This document shows, piece after piece, positions 43,571 to 52,492 of a stretch of 64,000 nucleotides of DNA. The translations under genes and the position numbers were made by a program. The stretch's first letter is position 1. Every line of letters starts with the position of its first letter. The stretch is from Bdellovibrionales bacterium (GTDB taxonomy: Bacteria > Bdellovibrionota > UBA1018 > CAIMNF01), in NCBI GenBank assembly GCA_040380025.1, contig JBEIJY010000002.1, forward strand, positions 32,001 through 96,000, given 5' to 3'. Below the pieces are notes generated by a model. The model saw only the letters and a list, made by a program, of their open reading frames with translations. It searched no databases and had not been told where the DNA came from.

Positions 43571-44698
43571 TCAGGGCTTCTTTTTCACAGCCGGCGGAGT
43601 CAACGAAGAATTCGGGAGGGGCTTCGCGGGAGTGGCCACCGGTTTCGGTTTTGCGGGCGCTTTTACCGGTGCGGGAGCTTTTGCCGGTGGCGGAGCCTTT
43701 ACCGGAGCAGGTGACTTCACGGGAGTCGGTTCCGGCTTCGGTTCGATCAAGCGAGGGCTCGGAGGAAGCGGAACGGGTGCAATTTCTTCTTGTCCGAAGA
43801 GCGTGTACCGGATTCCCGCGATGATCCTGAGGTCTTGACCCAACGGTCCGCCGATCCTCGAAATATCCAATCCTGCAGTGGCGGAAAGGCCGTTTGAGGA
43901 GCCGTGCCGGAGCCCGAGATAAAAATCATTCGGGGCCGTGTTGTTGCTCAGGGGAACCATGTTGATCGAGTTGATCTCGGCAGACATCCCCCATGAGTCA
44001 TTGAAAGGAAGATATCCTCCAATTCCCGCGATGAACCGGCGCCGAAAGTCGATCGGCGCGTAGTTCGCACTGAAATCATAAATCGAGTTCGGGGCCGAGA
44101 CGTACCCGAGATTGATGACCATCGTCCATGCCTCGAAAGTCCGCTCGAGCGTTCCGCGAAGGCCAAGATACGGAGTTCCGTCTGACACGAAGGCGCCGCT
44201 TCCCCCGGTCGCAAAGCGGACCTCAGGAATCAGGGCCACCGCGGTGTGAGAGCCATCGTTCGTGAGGCGGATTTTTCCCATGAGCTTGATGTCGCCGATG
44301 CTGGTTTCGTTCGAGTAGTCGCCGAGAGGTCCTTCGAGTGGGTTTCCCGAGAAGCTCACATAGTGGATGGGGACGCCGAGATAAAGCGCGAAGTTGTTCG
44401 CAAGCTTCGCACCTGCGAAGAGGTCTAGGGTCTGCAACGAATCAAGAATGGGAGCGGTGGCGGTCTGGCCCTCGGTGCCCGCCACGAGCGGGTTCGAGAC
44501 AAAATTGTAGGTTGCGCCGAAATAGTACAAAGCCTTCTTCGGCCACTCCGAGCGGAACCCATCCTCGAGCAGTACGAACCGGTCCGAGGTCGATGGGTTG
44601 AATGTCTGAACGTTGATGCTCTTGATTCCCGCAAAAGCGATTCCCGGAAAAAGCAGGGAAACCAAAGCGATCCGGCGAAGAAACAAGGGAAGTCTCAT
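43571..44698 (-). CDS. Outer-membrane beta-barrel protein with Pro/Ala/Lys-rich tail
   Basis: Signal peptide; GDIKL..K strand pattern; barrel ends RIIAGIRY; KAPAPV repeats. Confidence 0.65.
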   Translation of the reverse strand: MRLPLFLRRIALVSLLFPGIAFAGIKSINVQTFNPSTSDRFVLLEDGFRSEWPKKALYYFGATYNFVSNPLVAGTEGQTATAPILDSLQTLDLFAGAKLANNFALYLGVPIHYVSFSGNPLEGPLGDYSNETSIGDIKLMGKIRLTNDGSHTAVALIPEVRFATGGSGAFVSDGTPYLGLRGTLERTFEAWTMVINLGYVSAPNSIYDFSANYAPIDFRRRFIAGIGGYLPFNDSWGMSAEINSINMVPLSNNTAPNDFYLGLRHGSSNGLSATAGLDISRIGGPLGQDLRIIAGIRYTLFGQEEIAPVPLPPSPRLIEPKPEPTPVKSPAPVKAPPPAKAPAPVKAPAKPKPVATPAKPLPNSSLTPPAVKKKP

Positions 44699-44734
44699 GA
44701 TTCCAGTAAAACAAAGATCATAAAGGAATGAAAC

Positions 44735-45367
44735 TCAAAAAGGCCTTTGCGGGATGCCTTGAACGGCCAGGGCCCGGTCATAATGGCGGAATGTCCCCGC
44801 ACCGTCATCGAGTAGACGCCGGCCCGGGCACAAGATCGGCTCATCCGGAAAATCCAGCTCTTCCTCGGGGGTTCCGAGAAGGGCGGTCCCGTCCCCGAGC
44901 TTTTCGATCACCTCGCGCATACAGGAATCAAACCACCGCTTGTCGCGATCAGAATCAAGCTCGACCTCGGCGATTCCGCCCGGAATATACCGGTAAAATG
45001 CGGGAACCTCCCGCGACCACAACAGCGGCGGCGAGTATTTGGGCTGGTGATCGGGGTTGCCATGAGCCTTCTTGCGGAACGATACGCTGGTGTTCAAATC
45101 GACCACCTCGCCAAACGGGGTCACGACCCAAAAATGGGTGTGATCCCCCCAGCATCCCGCCCAAAGGAGCGAGAGGTTTTCCATGACCTCGACCCACGCG
45201 GCTTGGCCATAAAACACATTTGCTTGAATGCCACAATGGCGGAGGGCCTCGGTGGTCACAGCCGAAACCAAGAGGGGATATTCCGAGCGGTCGCCCGAAA
45301 TCCGGTCGGTGACCCGGGTCACGAGCCGCGAAACGGTTGCAATCAGCGGAAGGGGGGTGGAATCCAT
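44735..45367 (-). CDS. Hypothetical protein, possibly transglutaminase-like fold
   Basis: L...GI.A....G...HFWV...GEVVDL pattern; -35/-10 promoter directly upstream. Confidence 0.65.
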   Translation of the reverse strand: MDSTPLPLIATVSRLVTRVTDRISGDRSEYPLLVSAVTTEALRHCGIQANVFYGQAAWVEVMENLSLLWAGCWGDHTHFWVVTPFGEVVDLNTSVSFRKKAHGNPDHQPKYSPPLLWSREVPAFYRYIPGGIAEVELDSDRDKRWFDSCMREVIEKLGDGTALLGTPEEELDFPDEPILCPGRRLLDDGAGTFRHYDRALAVQGIPQRPF

Positions 45368-45414
45368 GGCGGCACCTTACCGGAAGTGCGCGCAAGGCTC
45401 AAGCAAAGCCGGCT

Positions 45415-45669
45415 TCAGGAGGCCTGTTTCGAGAATTCTTCGGGGAACAGACGCACCACCACATCATGGGGAAGAACCCCGAAAATCAGCTCGTGGAAGT
45501 CACCGGGGCGGAGCCCCTCGACTGCGGCTGCTTTTCCGATTCGTTCGAGGCGCTCCTTCAGCGTCGAAAAATCGACCTCTCCGCGCTCATGCTCGCACTG
45601 AAGGTAGGCTTCAAAAATTCCGTTCGCATATTGCTGTTTTAGCTGGTCGATGAAGTCGTCGCGATCCAT
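45415..45669 (-). CDS. Small hypothetical protein
   Basis: 84-aa ORF with GAGGG RBS; co-oriented with neighbours. Confidence 0.7.
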   Translation of the reverse strand: MDRDDFIDQLKQQYANGIFEAYLQCEHERGEVDFSTLKERLERIGKAAAVEGLRPGDFHELIFGVLPHDVVVRLFPEEFSKQAS

Positions 45670-45717
45670 GAATTCCCTCTCTTGAATCCTGATCGGACGA
45701 AAATCGAAATCCTTGAG

Positions 45718-46086
45718 TCAAAAAGAGGATTTTCCGTCACGAAACCGCCACAGAAAAGCGAAGCCCGCCCAGCCCGCCATCAGAAGCACTCCCCCGATTG
45801 GGGTGATCGCGCCCAAAGCCCGGATTCCTGTCAAAAGGATGCCGTACAGGCTTCCCGAAAAAATGGCGATCCCGGCAAGAAAGCAGAACCCGGGCCAGCG
45901 CTTCTGAACCCCGCTCAGGTGGAACAAAATCAATGCGATCGCATGAATGACCAGATAGTGGGTCGAAGTTTTGTAAATCTCGAGGAGGTCCTCGCTGACC
46001 CGGTCCCGAAGCCCATGTGCACCGAATGCACCCAGAGCGACGCCGATTCCGGCCAGGGCTGCGCCCAGTCTTCCAAAATGAATCAT
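45718..46086 (-). CDS. DUF423 / TMEM256 (YgdD-like) membrane protein
   Basis: GAFGAHGL, IFSGSLY, LGAITPIGG. Confidence 0.92.
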   Translation of the reverse strand: MIHFGRLGAALAGIGVALGAFGAHGLRDRVSEDLLEIYKTSTHYLVIHAIALILFHLSGVQKRWPGFCFLAGIAIFSGSLYGILLTGIRALGAITPIGGVLLMAGWAGFAFLWRFRDGKSSF

Positions 46087-47795
46087 GCCTGAAGTCCTCT
46101 TTCGATCATCTCTTTGAAGTCTTTGTTCGTGGATTTCAGATTTTCGAGGGTTTGCCGAGTGGAGGCGACGGCAGGGCTCATCGGATCGAGCCTCGAGATC
46201 AGCTCCAAAAGCTCAAGTCGCAAGAGCCAGTCTTCGGGATGGCGGGCATCGAGTTCGGTGAGAATCTTCAAAAGGGGCTCGGCCGAATTCCCGTTCTGGT
46301 CCCGACACTCCCGCACCTTCCGGTACAGCTCGTTCAAGGCCGCATTTTCGGCGGTGAGGTTGGTCTTGTGCGATTTCACCTTGGTGCCGGCGCTTCCGCG
46401 GGTCTTCATGACAAAGCTCTTGCGGTCGGCGGCTCCTCCGAACACCGAGACAATCCGCGATGCGATGGGAACGAGTCGGGTCTCGCCCCCGGATTCGGCA
46501 ATCATTCGGCCTTGAGAATCGCGGACTTCGAGGTTTTTGACCACAAGCACGAGCCCTGTCGGGCCGTGCGAGAGGACGCGAACCACGTGGCCTCGCAGAA
46601 TATGGCCGGATTGAGCAAGAACCCCCGCACCTTCGAGTGCCCGGGCGATCTCGCCTGCCGGAGCGGTCCGGATCGCCTCGGGGAACAGAAAAACCGCGAT
46701 TTCTTCGGGGAGCAGACCAGTTTCGGATTCCGAAATCTCGACCCCGCCCGAGGAAAGCTGCTTTGCTCCCGAGAGGGTGAATCCGGCTTCTGTTCCCTCT
46801 GTCGTAAAGAGTGGAGAGTGCAAAATTCCTGAGAGCTGAAGGCCCGAGTCGAGCACTGCGGTGACGGTGTTTTCGGCCTCGACGCCAAGGCGGAGCCCGT
46901 ACGCTCCCCCGCGCCTGAATGCCATCGAGTCCGCGAATTCGTTCAGCGCCCGGGTGAGCTCCTGAAAGTCCTTTGCCACGAACAATTGCGGCTGGGGGCG
47001 CGTAATGTCGTAGGAGGTACCGATGCAGGCTGAAAGCGAGAAGGGGATTTTTTTCACCGATGGGTCAAGGCAGTGGTAGCTCTCGCTGATCGAAGAAAGT
47101 AGACCCGCGCCGTAAATGAGGGGCTTGTCGGTCCCTTCGATCAGGCCGTATTCGGTCGTCCACCACGCCATGCGGGTCAGAAGCGCGGCCTCGGAGGGCT
47201 TGCTCTCGCGGCTCGCGAGCTCCTCGAAGCGCTGTTGGGCTTTTGCGATTTGTTCGGGCGTGGATTTGGGGTTTTCTTTGATCTCAGAGAGATCAAACAC
47301 CGCTCCGTAGAGTTCGAGATCGGCCTTGGTGATGATCGCGTTCCGGGCGACCTCGCCATAGGCCTCGAGATACGCACGGTACCCGGGGTCGGCCACGATC
47401 GGCACGTGTCCAGCCGCCTCGTGGATGATGTCGGGCGAGGGGGTGTAGCCGATGTTCTCGAGCTTCCGGATGTCGCAGGCGATCGCAAGGATGCGAAGCG
47501 ATTGGAACTCCAGGAAAACGCTCGGCGGAATGAAACCGTTGATGGCGACCGCGCGCCAGCCGATTTTTTTGAGCGCTTCGTCCATTTCGGAGATCAGCGG
47601 GACGCGATCGGTGGAGATTCCGGTCTCGTCGAGGCCATGAACATAAAGCGGATGGCCGTGAACGGCGAAAAACGCCTTCGAAACGCGCATGACGTAACGC
47701 CAGACCGCGTGATCGATCGGGGTGTAAAGGGAAGGGTCCTGCTCCGTGATGTATTCCAGAAGATGCTCCGGAATCTCAGCGAGCGGTGGCCTCAT
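46083..47795 (-). CDS. phhA: Biopterin-dependent aromatic amino acid hydroxylase (phenylalanine 4-monooxygenase, long form)
   Basis: YTPSPDIIHEAAGH, WWTTEYGL, IYGAGLLSS, YDITRPQPQLFV. Confidence 0.9.
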   Translation of the reverse strand: MRPPLAEIPEHLLEYITEQDPSLYTPIDHAVWRYVMRVSKAFFAVHGHPLYVHGLDETGISTDRVPLISEMDEALKKIGWRAVAINGFIPPSVFLEFQSLRILAIACDIRKLENIGYTPSPDIIHEAAGHVPIVADPGYRAYLEAYGEVARNAIITKADLELYGAVFDLSEIKENPKSTPEQIAKAQQRFEELASRESKPSEAALLTRMAWWTTEYGLIEGTDKPLIYGAGLLSSISESYHCLDPSVKKIPFSLSACIGTSYDITRPQPQLFVAKDFQELTRALNEFADSMAFRRGGAYGLRLGVEAENTVTAVLDSGLQLSGILHSPLFTTEGTEAGFTLSGAKQLSSGGVEISESETGLLPEEIAVFLFPEAIRTAPAGEIARALEGAGVLAQSGHILRGHVVRVLSHGPTGLVLVVKNLEVRDSQGRMIAESGGETRLVPIASRIVSVFGGAADRKSFVMKTRGSAGTKVKSHKTNLTAENAALNELYRKVRECRDQNGNSAEPLLKILTELDARHPEDWLLRLELLELISRLDPMSPAVASTRQTLENLKSTNKDFKEMIERGLQA

Positions 47796-47965
47796 GAGAG
47801 TCTTTTGGTCGAATCGTGATCGTCTTTGTCGGAGCCTTCGAGGCCCTTCTTGAACGCCCCGATGCCTTTGCCGAGGGCCGAGCCGAGCTCAGGGAGCCTG
47901 CGGCTGCCGAACAGAAGCACTACAATCGCGAGAATGAGAAGATGACCGCCGCTTAATCCAAACAT
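47792..47965 (-). CDS. tatA: Twin-arginine translocase TatA/TatE subunit (57 aa; below the ORF-track cutoff)
   Basis: Hand-translated MFGLSGGHLLILAIVVLLFGSRRLPELGSALGKGIGAFKKGL...; stop overlaps the phhA ATG. Confidence 0.93.
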   Translation of the reverse strand: MFGLSGGHLLILAIVVLLFGSRRLPELGSALGKGIGAFKKGLEGSDKDDHDSTKRLS

Positions 47966-48046
47966 GTCCCTTTTTTACCTCAAAAACAGTGGATTCACCA
48001 CGGGTTTTTGGGTAGAGTCGGAGCCCTTGCTCAAAGGAGAATTCCC

Positions 48047-48811
48047 ATGGAAAAACAAAAACCTTTAACGGTTGCGGCCCGCCTTGTCTCGAGACGGAAC
48101 CTGACTTCGGATGTGATCGAGTTCGTGTTTCGCTCCGAGCCGGCCTTTTTGTTTAAACCGGGCCAGTTTATCAGCATTGTGGTTCCGGGGCGTGGTCCCG
48201 GAGGGCGCGATCTTCGTCGGGCGTATTCGATCGCCTCCGCGCCCGAGCTCACGCTGGACGGTCAAAGCGCGTTCGAGCTGTGCGTGAAGCTGGTCGAGGG
48301 TGGTCCCGGTACGAGTTATCTGAATACGATTTTGCCCGGGGATTCGATCTCGGGAATGGTTCCGTTCGGGGATTTCGTGTATCACGCGAAGCCCGGACGC
48401 CATGCGATTTTCATCGCCACCGGCACCGGCATTGCCCCGTTTCGTTCGATGGTGCTCTCGAAGGTGTTCGAAGAATGCCGTCCGGCATCGGCGAAGATTC
48501 TGTTCGGTGCGCGGAGCGAGGAGGATCTTTTGTACACCGACGAGCTCGGCCACGCGATCGGCCCGGCCAATGTGATTCAGGCGCTTTCGCGTCCGGTCGG
48601 GGCGTGGGGCGGCTTCAAGGGCCGGGTGACGGACTGGCTCCGGCAGAACGAAAGTTCGATCGCCTGGGGCGAGACTGAGTTTTATTTGTGCGGAAACGGC
48701 GCCATGATCGATGAAGTGAAGCAGATTCTGGCCGCCAAAGGAGTCGAAAAGACCTCGGTGCACCAGGAGGTGTACTATAAGCCGAAGCCGGGCGAGGCCC
48801 ACGCGAACTGA
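48047..48811 (+). CDS. FAD/NAD(P)-binding oxidoreductase (ferredoxin-NADP reductase-like)
   Basis: FKPGQF, RAYSIAS, GPGTSYL, ATGTGIAPFRSM, YLCG; RBS AAGGAG. Confidence 0.9.
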   Translation: MEKQKPLTVAARLVSRRNLTSDVIEFVFRSEPAFLFKPGQFISIVVPGRGPGGRDLRRAYSIASAPELTLDGQSAFELCVKLVEGGPGTSYLNTILPGDSISGMVPFGDFVYHAKPGRHAIFIATGTGIAPFRSMVLSKVFEECRPASAKILFGARSEEDLLYTDELGHAIGPANVIQALSRPVGAWGGFKGRVTDWLRQNESSIAWGETEFYLCGNGAMIDEVKQILAAKGVEKTSVHQEVYYKPKPGEAHAN

Positions 48812-48905
48812 TCATCACGCAGGGCCCTGTTTGATTGACAAGCACGCGGGGTTCTCGTTAGGGTCAAGGCTTGCGGCCACATCATACCCTGAAAGTCTCG
48901 TTTGC

Positions 48906-48995
48906 GGAGAGATGGCAGAGTGGTCGATTGCACCGGTTTTGAAAACCGGCAGACTCGTAAGGGTCTCGGGGGTTCAAATCCCTCTCTCTCCGCCA
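48906..48995 (+). tRNA. tRNA-Ser (TGA)
   Basis: GGAGAGATGGCAGAGTGG...CCGGT-TTTGAAA-ACCGG, long variable arm, GGTTCAAATCC, encoded CCA; TTGACA/TAGGGT promoter-like boxes upstream. Confidence 0.97.
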
Positions 48996-49201
48996 CTTTC
49001 CCGATCGCTCCCGCCAAACCGCTCCAATCGCCCACCGATCAATTCTGGTCCGCCTCCGCGACGTCGTGTCTCGCTGATTCGGTTCTTTGGCTTGGCGTAT
49101 GTGATTGATTTTCATGTTAAATTCACCAGATAAAATAAGCACTTGCAATGCGCGATGTATTTTGTATTTACATTTTGTCATTACAATGATATCTTGATCG
49201 A

Positions 49202-49564
49202 GTGAGGGTGTCGGCATTCATCTGGGATGAACACAACAGCGATAAGTGCCTATAGCACGGTTTGAGTTTGGCCCAAATAGAGGACTTTCTATTAAGCCAA
49301 CCAACCCTGATGGACGATGATCATCACTCAGGCCAAGAGCCGATATATATTGCTTTTGGTTATTTCGAAGACCGATTTTTATTCGTGGTTTTTACCTTGA
49401 GGGTGAAAGACAAAAAACTAAAGTTTCGGGTGATTAGTGCGAGATATGCGAGAGCAAAAGAAATAAAGAGGTTAGAAGCTTATGAAAAAGCAAAAAGCAC
49501 AAGTCAGAAAAAGAAAGACGGAAGGCAAAGACCCATTAGATCGAGATATGTCTTTCGTGTTTAA
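49202..49564 (+). pseudogene. brnT: BrnT (DUF497) toxin with in-frame amber stop at 49253-49255
   Basis: FIWDEHNSDKCL*HGLS...FVVFTLR...FRVISAR; TAG replaces the Lys of the conserved KHG. Confidence 0.8.
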
Positions 49565-49751
49565 CCATCCAGAAAAGTGGAAGCAATTCAGCGAGCTTTT
49601 TCAGTTCGCACCGAAAGACAAGACGATCACTCTGAGAATGAGTGCAGATCTTTTAAATCGCTACAAAGAGTTAGCGGAAAAAATGGACACAAAATACCAG
49701 AAGCTTATTCGTGAGGCTTTGCTGGAGTACCTATTGAAAAAGGCTTCGTAG
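49482..49751 (+). CDS. brnA: BrnA/CopG-like antitoxin
   Basis: PKDKTITLRMSADLL..YK..A....TKYQKLIREAL; overlaps brnT. Confidence 0.82.
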   Translation: MKKQKAQVRKRKTEGKDPLDRDMSFVFNHPEKWKQFSELFQFAPKDKTITLRMSADLLNRYKELAEKMDTKYQKLIREALLEYLLKKAS

Positions 49752-49792
49752 AGTTTCGATCATTCATTTTAATCGGAATGTCCTGCACAATT

Positions 49793-51355
49793 TCATCGTT
49801 GGGCGCCCGCAAGCATCCTGTCCTCGAATGCCGTAAGTGCCGCTTTTGCCCCTTCTCCCATGGCGATGATGATTTGTTTGAAAGGCGTCGTGGTCACGTC
49901 GCCTGCCGCATAAATTCCCGGAGCCGAGGTCCGGTTTTTCGCATCGATCACGATTTCACCGCTCGGGGCGAGGTCCAGGGTGCCTTTCAAGAATCCGGTG
50001 TTCGGAAGAAGCCCGATCTGAACAAAAATTCCGTCCACTGCGAAAACGCGCTCTTCGTTCGTGGTTCGATCCTCATATACAAGGGCATTGGCTTTGTGAC
50101 CGTCACCCTCGATTCGGCGGGATTTGGCGTTCGTGATGACAGTCGTATTCGGAAGGGATCTCAGTTTGTCGACCAAGACCAGGTCTGCCTTCAGATCGGC
50201 ATTGTATTCAAAAACCGTGACGTGGCTCGCGATGCCGGCAAGGTCGATCGCCGCCTCCACACCGGAATTTCCCCCGCCGATCACGGCCACGGCTCGTCCT
50301 TTGTAAAAGGGGCCATCACAATGAGGGCAGAATGCCACTCCCCGCCCTAAGTATTCTTTTTCGCCGGGAATTCCGAGCTCCCGCCATTTTGCTCCGCTCG
50401 CGATGATCACCGAGTGCGCGCGGATGGTCTCGCCGCTCTCGAGCAACACTTCCTTCCGCTCCTCTTTTGAGATCGATTTCACTTTGCGATGCTCAAAGAT
50501 CGATACGGGGTATCGCCCCAGGTGGCGGGATAGTTCCGCAGAGAGCCCCGGGCCTTCGGTGTAGGGGATCGAGATCATGTTCTCGATGCCGCGGGTTTCC
50601 TGAAGCTGTCCGCCGATGCGGTCTGCGACGATGGCGGTTTTCAGCCCCTTTCTAGCGCTGTAAATGGCGGCAGAAGAGCCTGCGGGCCCGCCGCCGATGA
50701 CCAGCACATCGAAGAATCCGAGATCCTTCGGCACCACGGTCTCGGGGGACTCGGATTTTCCGAAGTGCTTCTCAAGAACCGAGAGCAAATCGACCAACGA
50801 AATCCGGCCCGAGTGCAGAAGAGTATCGCCCGATAGAACCGACGGCACGCCTTGGATTCCCAATCGGGTGACTTCTTCTTGCCGGAGCCCGCCATCGATC
50901 ATCTCGTGATCGAAGTCGGAGTGGATCAGGGCGAACAGATTCAGCATCTGCACGACATCGGGGCAATTCTCGCAAGAAAGCGAAACAAAGGTGCGCAGAC
51001 GGATCGGACCCTTCAGAGCCTGAATTCGTGCCTGGATTGCTTCGTCGGGAAGCTTGCCTTTTTCGGCGGAATTCAGGACAGCGAGCACGAGCGAGGAAAA
51101 CTCGTGCCCTCCCGGGACGCCGCTGAAGCGGATTCCGGTTTTGGCGCCGTTCCTTACTATGCAAAAAGACGGAATGGCATGGGCCTCGCCCGATGAGGTA
51201 ACCGTGATCCGGGAGGAACATTCCGCAAGCCCGCGCAACATCGAAAGAAGCTCCTCTTGCGCGGGGTGTTGGCACTCGTCATGACGGAGCAAGATGTCCG
51301 TCGTAAGAGTGGCAAAAAGCGAAGCGAGTTCTGTTTTCAGTGCATCGTCCAACAT
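49793..51355 (-). CDS. ahpF: Alkyl hydroperoxide reductase subunit F
   Basis: GHEFSSLVLA, SLSCENCPDVVQ, GGGPAG, CPHCDGP, GGGNSG. Confidence 0.97.
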   Translation of the reverse strand: MLDDALKTELASLFATLTTDILLRHDECQHPAQEELLSMLRGLAECSSRITVTSSGEAHAIPSFCIVRNGAKTGIRFSGVPGGHEFSSLVLAVLNSAEKGKLPDEAIQARIQALKGPIRLRTFVSLSCENCPDVVQMLNLFALIHSDFDHEMIDGGLRQEEVTRLGIQGVPSVLSGDTLLHSGRISLVDLLSVLEKHFGKSESPETVVPKDLGFFDVLVIGGGPAGSSAAIYSARKGLKTAIVADRIGGQLQETRGIENMISIPYTEGPGLSAELSRHLGRYPVSIFEHRKVKSISKEERKEVLLESGETIRAHSVIIASGAKWRELGIPGEKEYLGRGVAFCPHCDGPFYKGRAVAVIGGGNSGVEAAIDLAGIASHVTVFEYNADLKADLVLVDKLRSLPNTTVITNAKSRRIEGDGHKANALVYEDRTTNEERVFAVDGIFVQIGLLPNTGFLKGTLDLAPSGEIVIDAKNRTSAPGIYAAGDVTTTPFKQIIIAMGEGAKAALTAFEDRMLAGAQR

Positions 51356-51406
51356 GGGGTATTCCTCCCGGTCAAGATCCGGTTACTATGGCATCGAATC
51401 GGTAGG

Positions 51407-51973
51407 TCAGATTTTTCCGACGAGATTCAAGCCCGGCTTCAGGGTTTCTGCTCCAGGCTTCCATTTGGCGGGGCAGACTTCGCCCGGATGGGTCGAGACA
51501 AACTGCGCCGCTTGCACCTTGCGAAGCAGCTCGTCCGCATTGCGGCCGATTCCGTTGTCGTGCATCTCAGCGATCTTGATGAGTCCCTCGGGGTTCACCA
51601 CGAACGTGCCGCGGTAAGCGAGGCCTTCTTCTTCGATGTGCACACCGAAGGCGCGCGAGAGGTGCCCTGTCGGATCGGCAAGCATCGGGAAGCGGATCTT
51701 CTTGATCGTCTCGGAGGCATCATGCCAGGCCTTGTGCGAGAAGTGGGTGTCGGTGCTGACCGAGTAGACCTCGACGCCGAGTTTTTTGAATTCGGCGTAT
51801 TTGTCTGCCATGTCGCCCAGTTCGGTCGGACAGACAAAGGTGAAGTCAGCGGGGTAAAAGAAAAAGATCGACCACTTTCCGAGAAGGTCGTTCTTGGTGA
51901 CGGTTTTGAAGGCTCCTTCGTGAAATGCCTGCACTTTGAAGTCTTCGATTTGGGTATTGATGATGGTTTTCAT
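51407..51973 (-). CDS. ahpC: Alkyl hydroperoxide reductase subunit C (2-Cys peroxiredoxin)
   Basis: FYPADFTFVCPTE, GEVCPAKW; RBS AAGGAG. Confidence 0.98.
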   Translation of the reverse strand: MKTIINTQIEDFKVQAFHEGAFKTVTKNDLLGKWSIFFFYPADFTFVCPTELGDMADKYAEFKKLGVEVYSVSTDTHFSHKAWHDASETIKKIRFPMLADPTGHLSRAFGVHIEEEGLAYRGTFVVNPEGLIKIAEMHDNGIGRNADELLRKVQAAQFVSTHPGEVCPAKWKPGAETLKPGLNLVGKI

Positions 51974-52012
51974 GGGTTTCTCCTTTGACTCAAGGATAGC
52001 TCCTCCCTCGGC

Positions 52013-52057
52013 ATAGATAAAATCGAATTATTCTCTAGAGTGATAGAGTAAATCTAA
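52013..52057. promoter_or_regulatory. Putative OxyR/LysR-type binding site upstream of ahpC
   Basis: ATAG-ataaaat-CGAA and ATAG-agtaaat-CTAA resemble ATAG-N7-CTAT boxes. Confidence 0.65.
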
Positions 52058-52117
52058 CAATGAGGGCGGTGGATGTCGAAAAGCCAATGCGGGTCGTTTT
52101 GTGGTACACTCCCGCCC

Positions 52118-52480
52118 ATGATGACCGGTATTCGCAAAGTTCTCGGATTCCTGATCCTTGCCCTCGATCGCATTTTCGTCCCCGGGGTCGAGGTAAGCCG
52201 CACTCCGCCGGAGCAGGAAGCGCTCGACCGGAGGCTTTCGGATTGGACCCTGTACCACCTTGAGGCTTGCCCTTTTTGCGTCAAAGTGCGTCGTCAGATG
52301 AAGCGCCGGGCGCTCACGATTCCCCTGAAAGAGATCAATGCCGATTCCCGGTTCCATGCCGAGCTCATGGCGGGCGGAAAGCTCGATCAGGTCCCGTGTT
52401 TGCGCTATCGCGACTCCGCAGGCGCCGAAAAATGGATGTACGAATCGAGCGACATCAACGCGTTTCTTGCAGGCCTTTGA
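52118..52480 (+). CDS. Glutaredoxin-family protein
   Basis: LY...ACPFCVKVRR, GGK..QVPCL, WMYESSDI. Confidence 0.9.
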   Translation: MMTGIRKVLGFLILALDRIFVPGVEVSRTPPEQEALDRRLSDWTLYHLEACPFCVKVRRQMKRRALTIPLKEINADSRFHAELMAGGKLDQVPCLRYRDSAGAEKWMYESSDINAFLAGL

Positions 52481-52492
52481 GAGCACACCCTG

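Noticed and set aside
48775..49217. ORFs overlapping the tRNA genes (48775-49035, 48902-49108; also 32733-33005)
   Set aside because: Spurious translations of tRNA sequence.
49253..49255. TAG in brnT as recoding (pyrrolysine or alternative genetic code)
   Set aside because: TAG is an ordinary stop elsewhere in the window (ychF, deoxynucleoside kinase, rfaE2), and no pyl genes are seen.
48906..49790. Intact integrative element at tRNA-Ser
   Set aside because: No integrase and no duplicated tRNA 3' end found by eye; only a small TA islet is supported.
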